64,000 bases of DNA, from contig CAYXRT010000002.1 of NCBI GenBank assembly GCA_964467535.1, positions 43,052 through 107,051 of the forward strand. The letters run 5' to 3'. This document shows, piece after piece, positions 10,255 to 21,346 of this stretch (positions are counted from its first letter, which is position 1; each line of letters starts with the position of its first letter). Below the pieces are notes generated by a model. That model searched no databases. It saw only the letters and a list, made by a program, of their open reading frames with translations, and was not told the origin of the DNA. The DNA comes from an uncultured Desulfurococcales archaeon. GTDB taxonomy: Archaea; Thermoproteota; Thermoprotei_A; Sulfolobales; WANQ01. The position numbers were made by a program, and so were the translations under genes.

Positions 10255-11141
10255 TGGATACGGAAATTAAATGTCCTAAAGAGAGTATTATCTATGATCC
10301 TCTAAGAGGAGAGTATATTTGTGCCGATACTGGTGAGGTCCTAGAAGAACATGTAGTTGATCTAGGGCCTGAATGGAGAATCTTTAGCCCTGAAGATAAG
10401 TATGTAAAAAGTAGAGTAGGCGGACCCGTAACCACTCGAGTCCATGATTGGGGAATTACCACATTTATCGATGTCTATAGAGGTAGGCTATCTATAGCAC
10501 AGCGAAGAAAGGCTAGAAAACTTCAATTAATACAGAGGCGGAATCGAATAGCCCCTGGAGATAAGAAGCTTGTTGAAATACTTACCGAAGTTAATGCTGT
10601 TGCAGCTCGACTAGGTTTACCTGATAGAGTCAAAGAGACTACAGCACACATGATGAGGAAGCTAGTCGAAAAGATCAGTATTAGGAGACCTCAATTGAAG
10701 AACTACCTTGCAGCAGCTCTCTATATAGCGTGTAAAATGTGTAGTATACCTAAGACACCTAATGAAATAATGCATGTCTTAGGAGTTAATAGACGGGAGC
10801 TATGGTATGCATGTAGAAGGATAAAGGAGCTTGTACTTCAAAAGCATGTACCATTAATTAAACCTATAGAGTTGATACCAAAATTAGCATCATCTTTAAA
10901 GCTTCCCGCAGAAGTTCAAACGCAAGCTGCAATAATCCTAAATAAAGCATCAAAATATCATTTAACTGATGGCAAGGGTCCACTAGGCTTAGCCGCCGCA
11001 GCCCTCTATGTAGCTGCAATACTATTAGATCATAAAAAGACGCAAAAAGAGATAGCTGAAGGAGCAAATATAACAGAGGTAACTGTAAGGAATAGATATA
11101 GAGATATAGTTGAAAACTTCGTTATAAATGTATTTTTGTAA
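10254..11141 (+). CDS. tfb: Transcription initiation factor IIB
   Basis: Degenerate Zn ribbon, DLGPEWR B-reader, two cyclin repeats, TEVTVRNRY. Confidence 0.93.
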   Translation: MDTEIKCPKESIIYDPLRGEYICADTGEVLEEHVVDLGPEWRIFSPEDKYVKSRVGGPVTTRVHDWGITTFIDVYRGRLSIAQRRKARKLQLIQRRNRIAPGDKKLVEILTEVNAVAARLGLPDRVKETTAHMMRKLVEKISIRRPQLKNYLAAALYIACKMCSIPKTPNEIMHVLGVNRRELWYACRRIKELVLQKHVPLIKPIELIPKLASSLKLPAEVQTQAAIILNKASKYHLTDGKGPLGLAAAALYVAAILLDHKKTQKEIAEGANITEVTVRNRYRDIVENFVINVFL

Positions 11142-11287
11142 ATTTGCAAAGCCTTCATCATTGTAGCTAGTAGTTTATTTTATTCAGACAATATAAGTAT
11201 AAGAGTCTGGATAGTAATAGAATATCTACGGGACTACTAAAAGACCTAATGATGTAGAAGTCTATAATACACGTAGTGAAATACTAG

Positions 11288-11680
11288 GTGATGATAATGC
11301 CTCATCTATCTGAATTAGAGAGGAAAGCTTTAGAATTAATAGAATCTAAAGGAGATGAAGGCCTCTACCAAAGTGAACTGTGGAAAATATTAGGAATAGA
11401 CAGCCGTGAAGGATCACGTATTGCATTACAACTACTCAAAAAAGGACTTATCCGAAGAGAACCTGTAATAAATAATGGTAGAAGGACATATAAGCTATAT
11501 GTCATTAGAAGAACTAAGCTCAATCTAAGAGTTAACCTAGCAAATGTCATAGACATTCCATGTTTCACATGCTTAAATATTGATAAGTGTTCTAATGGCG
11601 GATTCTTTGATCCTCGTACATGTAGGTTACTTACAGAGTGGCTTATAAATCAAGTCAATACAAGAAATAAAAGAACATAA
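11288..11680 (+). CDS. TFE-beta / archaeal RPC34-like factor (wHTH plus Cys cluster)
   Basis: GLYQSELWK wHTH; PCFTC...C...C cluster motif; position between tfb and trm1. Confidence 0.75.
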   Translation: MMIMPHLSELERKALELIESKGDEGLYQSELWKILGIDSREGSRIALQLLKKGLIRREPVINNGRRTYKLYVIRRTKLNLRVNLANVIDIPCFTCLNIDKCSNGGFFDPRTCRLLTEWLINQVNTRNKRT

Positions 11681-11686
11681 TATTAT

Positions 11687-12898
11687 TTAAGAAACCATCA
11701 TTACACACTCTACTACATCATGATATTCAGCACTTGTTTTAAACCCTCTAGGATCAAAATGAGTTCTTGATGCCTCATAACCTTTATTTCTGAGGCATTC
11801 AAGAACGCTATTTATCTTAGGCATTGATTTCTTTAACTTACTACAAAGCATATCAAGTCTATAATAGTATGGTGTGGTAATCTTCGATTCAGAAATCAAG
11901 ACCTCTATTAACCTAGTGAGTCTATGCATCGTATTCAGCTCTAAATACTGAGCATTTTCATTGATAACTTTAAGCACTTTTTCTTCACATAACTTACCGA
12001 TCCATAACGGCCCTATTAATTCATATTCGTCCTTTATGTTCCTTAGTTCATTAACATCTGGTATAGGAAACCCCTTAATTACGTATTTACGTAAGTTTTT
12101 AGTAACATATACAATAAATCCTAAATTTTCATTTAACATTTCATCTGCTTTTCTAGCTCCCCGCTTAACTACTAAGTATGCTCTGTAATAGTGATCTACA
12201 TAATATGATAGCAATGGCTCTATGTATAAATCTTGAGCTGCTGCCCTTAGCGCTATTGATGCTATTAATATCCTAAGTCCAAGTTCTTTATCAAAGTCTA
12301 CTTTTATTGAACGTGAGAAATACCTTCTTCTACATGCAGTTTCACGAGTGCCTGATAACGGTGCTACATCAGTTGCTGTTACTGCTAAAACTCCACCATT
12401 TTTTATTGTATGTAGTGCAGAATCTATAAACGGTATAGGAGATCCAAAGGGATCAATATCTATAAAGTCGGGTCTCTCACGAATCATCGCTAATAAATAT
12501 AACAGCATATTTGCATCAATATTATAAACCTCAACTCTATCTTCAAGGTTATTAATCTTTGCATTAAACTTCATGAACTCGTATGCTATCGGATTTATAT
12601 CGTTAATAATTACTTTACTGACATTTCCTGATTCATTGATGTATCTTAATCCTCTGATACCAGTACCACTCAATGGGTCAACAACAAGCCTAAAACTAAT
12701 TCCCATCTTCTTTAATGCTGTAAGGAACGCTACAGCAACATCTCTACTAAATTCCATTTTAGGATTATAAAAAACAGGAGCCCATGCAGGTTCTAAGGTA
12801 CCATCTTCTCTTGTATAAAGCTTGGGATTGGGGATGTATATTTTAGTTTTGCCTTCACGTATTTCTATTACTGGAATACCATTAATTTCCCTTATCAT
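11687..12898 (-). CDS. trm1: tRNA (guanine-26-N2)-dimethyltransferase
   Basis: PVFYNP, SGTGIRGLR, DIDPFGSP, VTATD, SRTHF. Confidence 0.95.
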   Translation of the reverse strand: MIREINGIPVIEIREGKTKIYIPNPKLYTREDGTLEPAWAPVFYNPKMEFSRDVAVAFLTALKKMGISFRLVVDPLSGTGIRGLRYINESGNVSKVIINDINPIAYEFMKFNAKINNLEDRVEVYNIDANMLLYLLAMIRERPDFIDIDPFGSPIPFIDSALHTIKNGGVLAVTATDVAPLSGTRETACRRRYFSRSIKVDFDKELGLRILIASIALRAAAQDLYIEPLLSYYVDHYYRAYLVVKRGARKADEMLNENLGFIVYVTKNLRKYVIKGFPIPDVNELRNIKDEYELIGPLWIGKLCEEKVLKVINENAQYLELNTMHRLTRLIEVLISESKITTPYYYRLDMLCSKLKKSMPKINSVLECLRNKGYEASRTHFDPRGFKTSAEYHDVVECVMMVS

Positions 12899-13442
12899 AC
12901 TGTTTCCATAATTTAATTATTTCTATAACCTTATTTCTAATACTGTTCCTAAGTGTGTTTCTGTTGGACTCGGTTACATAGTATTTTTCGGCATTTTTCA
13001 TTAAACTAAGTATGCGTTGATCATTCATTCTCCAATGTACTACTGCTAGTAATGGTTTATTGGACTTAAAGGCCTCTATTATAGCTGATTTAAGTTTAGG
13101 TATTAGTAATTCCATAGGCCCCACCTCATCTATTGCTATAAGATCTGCTCTTTCTATAGCTTTAGCTATTGCCTTAGATCCTAATTCGCCAGCACCTTTA
13201 ACATTTACTATATACCTTCCTATTCGTGGTCCTGACTTGAATAACTTCTTGTGCGCCAACCAATCTCTTGTACTATCCATGAGGTCTATTATGAGAAATC
13301 CTATTCTATAACCTCTTTCGCGTACTTCAGGACAAACTATGCCTCCAACGGTATATCCTTGCTTTTTTACCTCATTTATTACGTATAGGAATATGGTTGT
13401 TTTTCCTACACCAGGCCTTCCCGTTATTATTATCTGATACAA
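12882..13442 (-). CDS. Nucleoside-triphosphatase (THEP1/DUF265 family)
   Basis: TGRPGVGKTT, IDEVGPMEL. Confidence 0.9.
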   Translation of the reverse strand: MYQIIITGRPGVGKTTIFLYVINEVKKQGYTVGGIVCPEVRERGYRIGFLIIDLMDSTRDWLAHKKLFKSGPRIGRYIVNVKGAGELGSKAIAKAIERADLIAIDEVGPMELLIPKLKSAIIEAFKSNKPLLAVVHWRMNDQRILSLMKNAEKYYVTESNRNTLRNSIRNKVIEIIKLWKQYDKGN

Positions 13443-13446
13443 TTCT

Positions 13447-14391
13447 CTATTTAACCTCTGATTGTATTTGTTCTCTTAATTCATCTGGTGATCTTGCAAC
13501 CTCTATTCCAAGATCTTCTAGTTCTCTTAACATACTCCTCCTATTTACTAAGGCGTATCTTTTTACATTCATGACTTCTTCTAGTTTCTCGGATTCTATA
13601 GCTTTAATTAATAAACCATTTCTTCTGTCATGTTCTACTATTATTGCGAGTTTTTGATCCTTCAATTCTTGTTCCTTTAGTGCAGCAAGATCAACTACCG
13701 TTCTTTCCGCATGACATACATCGTATCCTAGGCTTCTTAGATGTCTCATTATAATTCTCTCACTCGATATAACGTGATAATAGGTATGTTCCTTAGCTTT
13801 TGGAGCTTCAAATATATCTACAGGTTCTAGTACATCTTCTCCTAATATTTCTATTACTCTCTCCGCTCTTTCGATACTTATGTCTATTTCTCCTTTTTCG
13901 TATTCATATACGGCTTTCCTTGTAACTCCTAATAGTCTTCCTAATTCTCCAAGGCTCATACCTTTTGCTATTCTTGCTCTCCTGAATTCCCTTGGATTTA
14001 CTTTTACATAGAATCCTCCTCGTGAGTAATATACGTAAATGTTTTCTTTATCCTTTACAATAGACTTGAATGTAGTACTTGTAATTACATACATTCCATA
14101 CTTTTCATAAGCCACATAATCTTCTAGGTCTCTACCTGAAATCTTAGAAGCAATTATTAATGATGAGGTTTTAAGTGTTGAGGACAACGCCTTAAGTTCA
14201 TGAACTTCACTACTTCTTAATTCATTTACGTCCCCTACAATCTTCATTAATACATCCTTTTTACCGTCACTTGCTATAACATCTACGCTTCTTCTCCTTC
14301 TATCATATGGGTAATTAAGTACCTTTACCTTGAACCCCGTAGACTTAAGTACATCTATTACCTCTTGTAACTGTTTTTGTAGATTCTGCAT
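13447..14391 (-). CDS. HTH transcriptional regulator (COG1395-like)
   Basis: Central XRE HTH (SLGELGRLLGVTRKAVYEYE) flanked by nuclease-like folds. Confidence 0.85.
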   Translation of the reverse strand: MQNLQKQLQEVIDVLKSTGFKVKVLNYPYDRRRRSVDVIASDGKKDVLMKIVGDVNELRSSEVHELKALSSTLKTSSLIIASKISGRDLEDYVAYEKYGMYVITSTTFKSIVKDKENIYVYYSRGGFYVKVNPREFRRARIAKGMSLGELGRLLGVTRKAVYEYEKGEIDISIERAERVIEILGEDVLEPVDIFEAPKAKEHTYYHVISSERIIMRHLRSLGYDVCHAERTVVDLAALKEQELKDQKLAIIVEHDRRNGLLIKAIESEKLEEVMNVKRYALVNRRSMLRELEDLGIEVARSPDELREQIQSEVK

Positions 14392-14473
14392 TTCAGTTAC
14401 TCTAAGTATTGAAACTCCTTTATAAGATTAGTTTATTTTAGAGATTTAAAATATCTATTGTTTTTAAGAAAAT

Positions 14474-15181
14474 TTATCTTTTTCTATGAAATCTTGCATA
14501 GACCATTGCGTGATCTTTATCAAAGGGTTCTAAGTGAACGACGTCTACTATTTCGAATCCTCTAGCTTTTAATGTATCTATTTCCTTCTTGTATATTTCA
14601 CTTGGTGCTCTTGTTACATCTATGCTTCTGGCCTTTATTGCTAGTAGAAGCCATCCTCCATCCTTTAGGAAGAAGTCTGCATTATCTGATACCAATCCTG
14701 CTTGCTCAGGTTGCGCTACATCAGCATATATACCGTCAACTTGTTCAACTATGTGTCTATACTTTTGTGGGAATCTAGCATCTGCTAATATTGGTATTAT
14801 GTTAGGTCTTGTCTCAGCTACCACCACGAATTCTCTCATAACTCTTGGAGCAAATTCTACCCCAAATACCTTACCCTTTAACCCTACAATATCAGATACG
14901 TGACTTGCAGTAGTACCTGTAGCTGCTCCTAGATATAGTACTTTATGGCTATTTAGTACAGGTAATTCCTCTAAACCCTTTAGTAATGCTGCCGCGAGCT
15001 TACTTCGATACGGATTCCATTCCCTGAATTCTTTATCCTTCCATTTGAATAATCTTTCACCATAAACTCTTCTTCCTGGTGCTAAGTTTTCTGTAGCTAA
15101 CCTTGCAGAACCATCATTTAATTCAACAACATATACTCTCTTATACTTCTCATGCTCATATATATCTATTACCTCTGACAT
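14474..15181 (-). CDS. flpA: Fibrillarin-like rRNA/tRNA 2'-O-methyltransferase
   Basis: WNPYRSKLAAA, VLYLGAATGTT, LEPFDKDH. Confidence 0.97.
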   Translation of the reverse strand: MSEVIDIYEHEKYKRVYVVELNDGSARLATENLAPGRRVYGERLFKWKDKEFREWNPYRSKLAAALLKGLEELPVLNSHKVLYLGAATGTTASHVSDIVGLKGKVFGVEFAPRVMREFVVVAETRPNIIPILADARFPQKYRHIVEQVDGIYADVAQPEQAGLVSDNADFFLKDGGWLLLAIKARSIDVTRAPSEIYKKEIDTLKARGFEIVDVVHLEPFDKDHAMVYARFHRKR

Positions 15182-15233
15182 CTAATTTCACCCCCTATCA
15201 CGTTCTCCACATTGAAGGCTATAATTCTTACGT

Positions 15234-16469
15234 TTATTTACCTTTTCTTCTTCTCTTTCTTCTAGGTCTTGGAGGTCTCTTTTCAATTCTTTCAGGTTTT
15301 CTAACTGGCGGTTTGGCGTAGAGCTTCTTTATTTCTTCAATCCTCTTTCTTAGAGTTTCCCTTAATTGTTCTCCAATATACCTACCACTAAACGCATCAA
15401 CCTTAGCTGCTATTGCAAGCTTTGCTGCAAGTGCTCTAGCTATCTTACCCCTTTGCCATCTAGGTGATCTATGTATATCAGGGTACTGGAATATAACACC
15501 ATGCTTTGGAGGTTTACCTCCAGTTCTAAGTGCCCTAAAGAGGGCTTTCTCGGCTCCTAACACCTGTATAGTTGAAGCAGGAAGCCTAGCTAATTCCTCC
15601 AGGCTTCCTGCAAGACTTATGAGTCTTGCACCTAATAGTGGACCTACAAGAGCTGTAACATTGGGTGCAACTTCTTTCATTACAGCTGATATGTACTCGG
15701 CTAGCTCGCTTCTTAATCTATATAGTTCTTTAACTATATTTGCTAGTGTTTGAATAGGCCTTACATCAAAATCAGATAAGTCAGCTCCTATACTCTTAGA
15801 AGCTGCCTCAGCTATTTTCTCGGCCTTGCTTTCACTAAATCCTAATTTGACTAGTGCTTCTTTACCAACATTTTCTCGGTGGCCAAGCTCAGCCAATATA
15901 CTTATGTAATCTTCGTGCTCTCTCACTAAATCATCCAGCTCAGGGAAATGCAAACTATACCATTCTCTAAGCCTGGCTACGAATAGATTTATGGTTTTAT
16001 CAATGTCATCTATAGCTCTAATTGCTTGTGCTGCAAGTAGATCTCTCTTCTCTGCAGCTCTCCTAAGCTTACGTCTAGTCATTTCAAGCCCTAATTGATG
16101 CATAAACTTATCGAACTCGTCCTTACTGGACACATATTCATATTTTACAGCATAATCAGCTACTTTCTCTCTGAACTTCACTGCAAACTCATGTCCTGGT
16201 ACTATTTCAGCCTTTAGACCAACTGAATTAACGTATTTTGCTGTAGGTTCTTCCTCGACAATTATTTCTTCTATATCTCCTCTATTCTTTAATTCCTCTA
16301 AGACCTTTTTTGTCGATGGAATTACTTCTCCCTGTTCAAGCTTAAGAGCTACTTCAACGGCTTCATCCAAGGATTTCGGTCCCAGAGCGTAGGCTACTAC
16401 ATCACCCTTTTCATCGAAAGCGAATGTGCCTATTACATGCTCAACTAAGTAAACTTTCACTTTCATCAC
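15234..16469 (-). CDS. nop5: Box C/D RNP protein Nop5 (Nop56/58)
   Basis: REWYSLHFPEL, PASTIQVLGAEKALF, PKHGVIF. Confidence 0.97.
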   Translation of the reverse strand: MMKVKVYLVEHVIGTFAFDEKGDVVAYALGPKSLDEAVEVALKLEQGEVIPSTKKVLEELKNRGDIEEIIVEEEPTAKYVNSVGLKAEIVPGHEFAVKFREKVADYAVKYEYVSSKDEFDKFMHQLGLEMTRRKLRRAAEKRDLLAAQAIRAIDDIDKTINLFVARLREWYSLHFPELDDLVREHEDYISILAELGHRENVGKEALVKLGFSESKAEKIAEAASKSIGADLSDFDVRPIQTLANIVKELYRLRSELAEYISAVMKEVAPNVTALVGPLLGARLISLAGSLEELARLPASTIQVLGAEKALFRALRTGGKPPKHGVIFQYPDIHRSPRWQRGKIARALAAKLAIAAKVDAFSGRYIGEQLRETLRKRIEEIKKLYAKPPVRKPERIEKRPPRPRRKRRRKGK

Positions 16470-16601
16470 CTTGATACAAGCCTATATGTTAAGTCTCAAC
16501 AACTGTATATAAACCATAAATATAATTACACTTGATTACTACTAAATCAGGTAGTTAACCTTAAAAAGCGGATAACTATATAGGGTATGATGGGGTAGGA
16601 T

Positions 16602-16778
16602 ATGCCTTCACATGGTTCACTTACCAAAGCCGGAAAAGTTAGAAGTCAGACACCAAAGATACCTCCAAAGCCTAAGAAAAACCTAGCTCCACGAGTAAGG
16701 AATAGAAAGGAGTATTTAAGGTTCCTAAGGAAAATGCAAGAGCAACAAGCAGTAGCTGTAGGCATTAGACGTAGGTAA
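16602..16778 (+). CDS. rps30e: 30S ribosomal protein eS30
   Basis: Manual translation [27 protein letters not shown]..., 58 aa; below the ORF-track cutoff. Confidence 0.95.
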   Translation: MPSHGSLTKAGKVRSQTPKIPPKPKKNLAPRVRNRKEYLRFLRKMQEQQAVAVGIRRR

Positions 16779-16995
16779 ACTTAGTCTTTATCATCTTAAC
16801 CTTTTAAGCATGATATTCAGTCAAACTTAACTCTAAAACCATGTACTTTAGAATCCTTAAAGACTTACAAATAATTCCTTATCAAACGATAACCGACATT
16901 ATTGGTATTTGAAGGCCATTAATAATGTAGGTTATTTTAGGTATTTAATACATTTTAACATAGTCAGGTGTAGAGTAATTCGCGAGGTATAGACA

Positions 16996-18351
16996 TTGCC
17001 TGATCCTCTACCTGGATATATAGGCAAGTTAAGGGATGTACTTCAATCTCTAGAAGCATCTGTTGGTGATAGAATCAGAGTTAGGAAGAATGATGGATTT
17101 GTTATTGAAGGAATTTTGATGCCTAGGGAGAGACTTTACGCTAAAGAGATTATAGTCATTAAGCTTGATAACGGATACAATATAGGTGTAAAATTTGACT
17201 CTAATACCATTATAGAGAAACTTGGCAGCAGAGTTGAAATTAAAGGTATTGAAAAAGTCAAACCTTTGAGAAAACCAGAGCTTCCCAACTTAATGATAAT
17301 GAGTACAGGTGGTACTATTGCCAGTAGAGTTGATTATGAGACAGGTGCTGTAAAACCTGCATTAACTAGCGAGGACTTAGCATCGCTCATTCCAGAAATA
17401 TTTGATGTAGCCAATATAGATACTGATATATTATTCAATATCTTTAGTGAAGACTTAACGCCTAAGCATTGGGAGAAGATAGCTGAAAGAACCGCTAAAA
17501 TAATTAATGAAGGATTTAATGGAGTTATAGTAACTCATGGTACTGATACAATGGCTTGGACGGCTGCAGCACTTTCCTTTGCTTTTAGGAAACTTCCTGT
17601 TCCCATAGTACTTGTTGGAGCTCAAAGAAGTAGTGATAGACCTAGCAGCGACTCAGCATTTAATCTCCTTGCAGCTGTAGTTACTGCAGCTAAAGCACCC
17701 TTTGCTGAAGTTGTAGTGGTAATGCATGGAGAAACTGGTGATAGTTATGCTTTAGCTCATAGAGGTACTAAGGTTAGAAAAATGCACACAAGTCGTAGAG
17801 ATGCATTTCAAACCATAAATGATCTACCGTTAGCGAAAATATATCCATATGCTAAAAAAGTTGAAATCATAAATAATAGGTTTAGAAAGAGAGGCGAAGA
17901 CAAGGAAGTTGCGATTGAGGCTAAATTTGATGAAAAAGTAGCATTAGTAAAATTCTATTCATCTATAGACCCAGAAGTTATAGACTTCTTTGTTGATAAA
18001 GGATATCATGGAATAGTTCTTGAGGGTACAGGTCTAGGACACTTCCCTCAGAGATTGATTAATGCCATTAAGAGAGCAGTTGAAGAAAATGTAGCCGTCG
18101 TTATGACCAGTCAATGTCTCTTTGGTAGAGTAAATATGTATGTCTATAGCACTGGTCGATTATATCTTGAGGCAGGGGTTATACCTGGCGAGGACATGTT
18201 ACCCGAAGTAGCATATGTTAAGCTTAGCTGGATATTAGCCAAGACTAGAGACTTAAACGAAGTTAGAAGACTCATGTTAACAAACATAGCTGGTGAAATT
18301 AATCCAAGACATAGTGTAAACCTTTATCCGAGGTGGCCTCATGAACCCTAA
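16996..18351 (+). CDS. gatD: Glu-tRNA(Gln) amidotransferase subunit D
   Basis: STGGTIAS, HGTDT, QRSSDRPSSD, KMHTSRRDAF. Confidence 0.97.
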   Translation: MPDPLPGYIGKLRDVLQSLEASVGDRIRVRKNDGFVIEGILMPRERLYAKEIIVIKLDNGYNIGVKFDSNTIIEKLGSRVEIKGIEKVKPLRKPELPNLMIMSTGGTIASRVDYETGAVKPALTSEDLASLIPEIFDVANIDTDILFNIFSEDLTPKHWEKIAERTAKIINEGFNGVIVTHGTDTMAWTAAALSFAFRKLPVPIVLVGAQRSSDRPSSDSAFNLLAAVVTAAKAPFAEVVVVMHGETGDSYALAHRGTKVRKMHTSRRDAFQTINDLPLAKIYPYAKKVEIINNRFRKRGEDKEVAIEAKFDEKVALVKFYSSIDPEVIDFFVDKGYHGIVLEGTGLGHFPQRLINAIKRAVEENVAVVMTSQCLFGRVNMYVYSTGRLYLEAGVIPGEDMLPEVAYVKLSWILAKTRDLNEVRRLMLTNIAGEINPRHSVNLYPRWPHEP

Positions 18352-20281
18352 ATTATCGCCTAAAATAGAAATAGACTATAAAGCCCTAGACCTTAAGGTA
18401 GGCCTAGAAATTCATCAGCAACTTAATACAAAGCATAAATTATTCTGTAATTGTCCAACACTTCTTGTAGAAAAAGAAGCTATAGATTTATTTGAAAGAA
18501 GACTTAGACCAACACAAAGTGAATTAGGCGAAGTAGATATAGCAGCTTATTTTGAATGGAAGAGAGGAAGGGTTTATGATTATGAAGCGCCTAGAAATGC
18601 TTCATGTCTAGTAGAAACAGATGAAGAACCACCACATATGCTAAATCAAGAAGCATTGGAAATAGCATTAGCTATTGCTATGGCACTTCACTCTAGAATA
18701 GTAGATGAAGTTCATGTCATGAGAAAGGTGGTAATAGATGGTTCAAATACAACAGGTTTTCAAAGAACAGCGGTAATAGCACTTGGAGGATATGTTGATA
18801 TCGATGGCAAAAGAGTAAGTATACAGACAATTTGTTTGGAAGAAGATGCTGCAAGAAAGGTTTGGGAAAAAGGCCGTCATGTTGGATATAGACTCGATAG
18901 ATTAGGAATACCATTAATAGAAATTGCTACAGGACCTGATATGCATACACCAGAGGAAGTAGAGAAAGTAGCATTAACTATAGGTCAAATGCTGAGACTT
19001 ACAGGCAAAGTTAAAAGAGGTATTGGTACAATAAGGCAAGATTTAAATATTTCAATAAAGGGTGGTACAAAAACAGAAATTAAGGGTGTTCAAAGATTAG
19101 ACTTACTACCTAAAGTTGTTGAATATGAGGTCCTAAGACAGTTAAGGCTGCTTGAGATTAAAAATGAACTATTAAGGAGAGGTGTAAAGGAAGAAGACAT
19201 AAGGTTCAATCCCATAGATGTAACACAGGTATTTAAGAAAACGAAGAGCAAGGTAATATTAAGAGCTATTCGAAGTAGAGGTAAGGTTCTTGCGCTAATA
19301 TTGCCTAAATTTAAGGGTCTTTTAGGGGTAGAGCTACAGCCAAAAAGAAGGTTTGGAACTGAATTAGCGGAATATGCTAGGTTCTGGGGTGGTGTTGGAG
19401 GAATATTTCATACAGATGAACTACCAGCATATGGCATAACTAAGGAGGAGGTTAACAAGCTATATGAAGTTACTAAAGCAAACCCGGAAACAGATGCTAT
19501 AGTCTTAGTAGCAGATGAGGAGGAAAAAGCTTTAGAGGCATTAAAAGCTGTATGGGAAAGAGCAAAATATGCACTAAGAGGTATACCTAAGGAGACTAGA
19601 GCAGCAAATCCCGATGGAACTACAAGGTATATGAGACCTCAACCAGGAGCTGCAAGAATGTATCCTGAAACTGATATACCGCCAATAGAGATAACACCTG
19701 AAATAATTGAAAGAGCTAAAAAACTTATACCTGAGCATCCTAGAGTTAAAATACGCAAATATGTTAGCGAATTCAAGTTAAGTCCTGAACTAGCCCAACA
19801 ATTACTAAGAACTGTTTTCATAGACTTATTTGAAGAATTAGCAATTAAGTATAAGGACAAAATACCTGCAACAGTAATAGCGCATACATTGACAAGTACG
19901 TTAAAGTCTCTTAAGAGTGATGGAGTGCCTATAGAAAACTTAAGCGAAGAAGACATAAGTGAAGTGATTAGACTTGTTGCTGAAGGCAAGATGTCCAAGG
20001 AGGCTATACCGGAAGTTCTTTCATATAAGGCTAAGAACCCTAAACTGAAAATGGAGGAAATAATTGAAGAATTAGGGCTAAGAACTATTCCTATGGAAAA
20101 GGTAGAAGAAATAATTAGTAAAACAGTTGAGGATTTGAGAAAGGTAATCTTAGAAAGAGGTGAAAGAGCTATGGGTATTGTTATGGGAAGAGTAATGTCA
20201 ATATTGAGAGGAAGAGTTGATGGAAAAGTAGTTGCGGACATAGTTAGGAAGAAGATAAAAGAGATAATAAGCAAAGGTTAA
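18341..20281 (+). CDS. gatE: Glu-tRNA(Gln) amidotransferase subunit E
   Basis: GLEIHQQL, IDGSNTTGFQRT, RMYPETD. Confidence 0.97.
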   Translation: MNPKLSPKIEIDYKALDLKVGLEIHQQLNTKHKLFCNCPTLLVEKEAIDLFERRLRPTQSELGEVDIAAYFEWKRGRVYDYEAPRNASCLVETDEEPPHMLNQEALEIALAIAMALHSRIVDEVHVMRKVVIDGSNTTGFQRTAVIALGGYVDIDGKRVSIQTICLEEDAARKVWEKGRHVGYRLDRLGIPLIEIATGPDMHTPEEVEKVALTIGQMLRLTGKVKRGIGTIRQDLNISIKGGTKTEIKGVQRLDLLPKVVEYEVLRQLRLLEIKNELLRRGVKEEDIRFNPIDVTQVFKKTKSKVILRAIRSRGKVLALILPKFKGLLGVELQPKRRFGTELAEYARFWGGVGGIFHTDELPAYGITKEEVNKLYEVTKANPETDAIVLVADEEEKALEALKAVWERAKYALRGIPKETRAANPDGTTRYMRPQPGAARMYPETDIPPIEITPEIIERAKKLIPEHPRVKIRKYVSEFKLSPELAQQLLRTVFIDLFEELAIKYKDKIPATVIAHTLTSTLKSLKSDGVPIENLSEEDISEVIRLVAEGKMSKEAIPEVLSYKAKNPKLKMEEIIEELGLRTIPMEKVEEIISKTVEDLRKVILERGERAMGIVMGRVMSILRGRVDGKVVADIVRKKIKEIISKG

Positions 20282-20312
20282 CACATTTTAACTCTAAAAT
20301 CTATATGTGAAT

Positions 20313-20366
20313 GTGATGATGAATACTCCCGACACAGAAGAATGAAGAAAAGGCATTTGGCTGAAC
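20313..20366 (+). ncRNA. Box C/D guide sRNA
   Basis: ATGATGA-atactcccgaca-CAGA-aga-ATGAAGA-aaaggcatttgg-CTGA; the D guide is complementary to CCAAAUGCCUU, a conserved archaeal 23S helix-71 segment as recalled. Confidence 0.88.
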
Positions 20367-20391
20367 TCGCTAAAAAGTCCTAGGTGATATA

Positions 20392-20745
20392 TTGAAAAAA
20401 TTCAAAATAGACTATTATGATTTCGGTGAAATAGTAATTAATGGTAAAGTGTATCGACAAGACGTTATAATAACTCCTAAAGAAATTATTTCTGATTGGT
20501 GGAGAATCGAAGGTCATAGGCTTCAACTAGCCGACTTGCAGCAGGTACTTAACATTAACTTTGACGTTCTCATAGTAGGCACAGGTTATAATGGACTAAT
20601 GAAGGTCGATCCCGAAGTTATAGAGGAATTTAAGAGAAGAGGTATTGAGGTAATTATTCATACCACAAAGAAAGCTGTAGAGAAGTATAATGAAATGGTC
20701 GATAAGGGTAAGAAAGTTGTTGGAGCATTCCATCTAACATGTTAA
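20392..20745 (+). CDS. Mth938-like (DUF498) protein
   Basis: FGEIVINGKVY, LIVGTGYNG, GAFHLTC. Confidence 0.88.
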   Translation: MKKFKIDYYDFGEIVINGKVYRQDVIITPKEIISDWWRIEGHRLQLADLQQVLNINFDVLIVGTGYNGLMKVDPEVIEEFKRRGIEVIIHTTKKAVEKYNEMVDKGKKVVGAFHLTC

Positions 20746-20787
20746 TGTTCCATCAATGTTCTAGTAATCTTGGCCCTACAGAGCTCT

Positions 20788-21321
20788 CTATGACTTTTTA
20801 ATTTTCTCAGATTCTATTTCCTTAACCACTGCTCTAAATATTGCATGTGCTGTTACAATTCCCTTCGCAGTACCTTTCTTATCTACTACTATTAAGTGAT
20901 GAATATGATACTTCTCCATCATATCTATAGCCTCCTCTACTGTATCTTCAAGTCCTATGTGATGGGGAGTCCTTTCCATTATTCGCTTAACTAGTACCTT
21001 TGGCAAAACTTCAGAAGATAACTTAACTTTCCTTAATGCTGAAGCTATACTCGAAAACGGTAAGAAGGCTGCTGTAGGTTTAGGACCACCTAATGCTAGT
21101 AATATGTCAAGGTATGTTACTATACCTCTTAATTTACCATGCTTGTCTACAACTATTATATAATGCTTATTTTCCCTTACTAGTTCAAGGACTTTTTCTA
21201 TACTATCATCTTCTGTAACTACACCATACGAAGGAAGCAAATCTTTATACTTGTCGATAAATTCTTTTATACTCATTGATAGGATATCCCTTGTTATTTT
21301 GGAGAAAACTTTAGCTGTCAT
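20788..21321 (-). CDS. CBS-pair protein
   Basis: Two CBS repeats (IIVVDKHGKLRGIVT; LIVVDKKGTAKGIVT). Confidence 0.88.
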   Translation of the reverse strand: MTAKVFSKITRDILSMSIKEFIDKYKDLLPSYGVVTEDDSIEKVLELVRENKHYIIVVDKHGKLRGIVTYLDILLALGGPKPTAAFLPFSSIASALRKVKLSSEVLPKVLVKRIMERTPHHIGLEDTVEEAIDMMEKYHIHHLIVVDKKGTAKGIVTAHAIFRAVVKEIESEKIKKS

Positions 21322-21346
21322 GCTCTCTACCTAGTCTGTTCCATTA

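Noticed and set aside
11249-11313. C/D-like boxes (ATGATGT...GTGA...GTGATGA...CTGA) at the start of the TFE-beta gene
   Set aside because: The spacers are too long (20 and 15 nt), and GGTGATG is explained by the SD and start codons.
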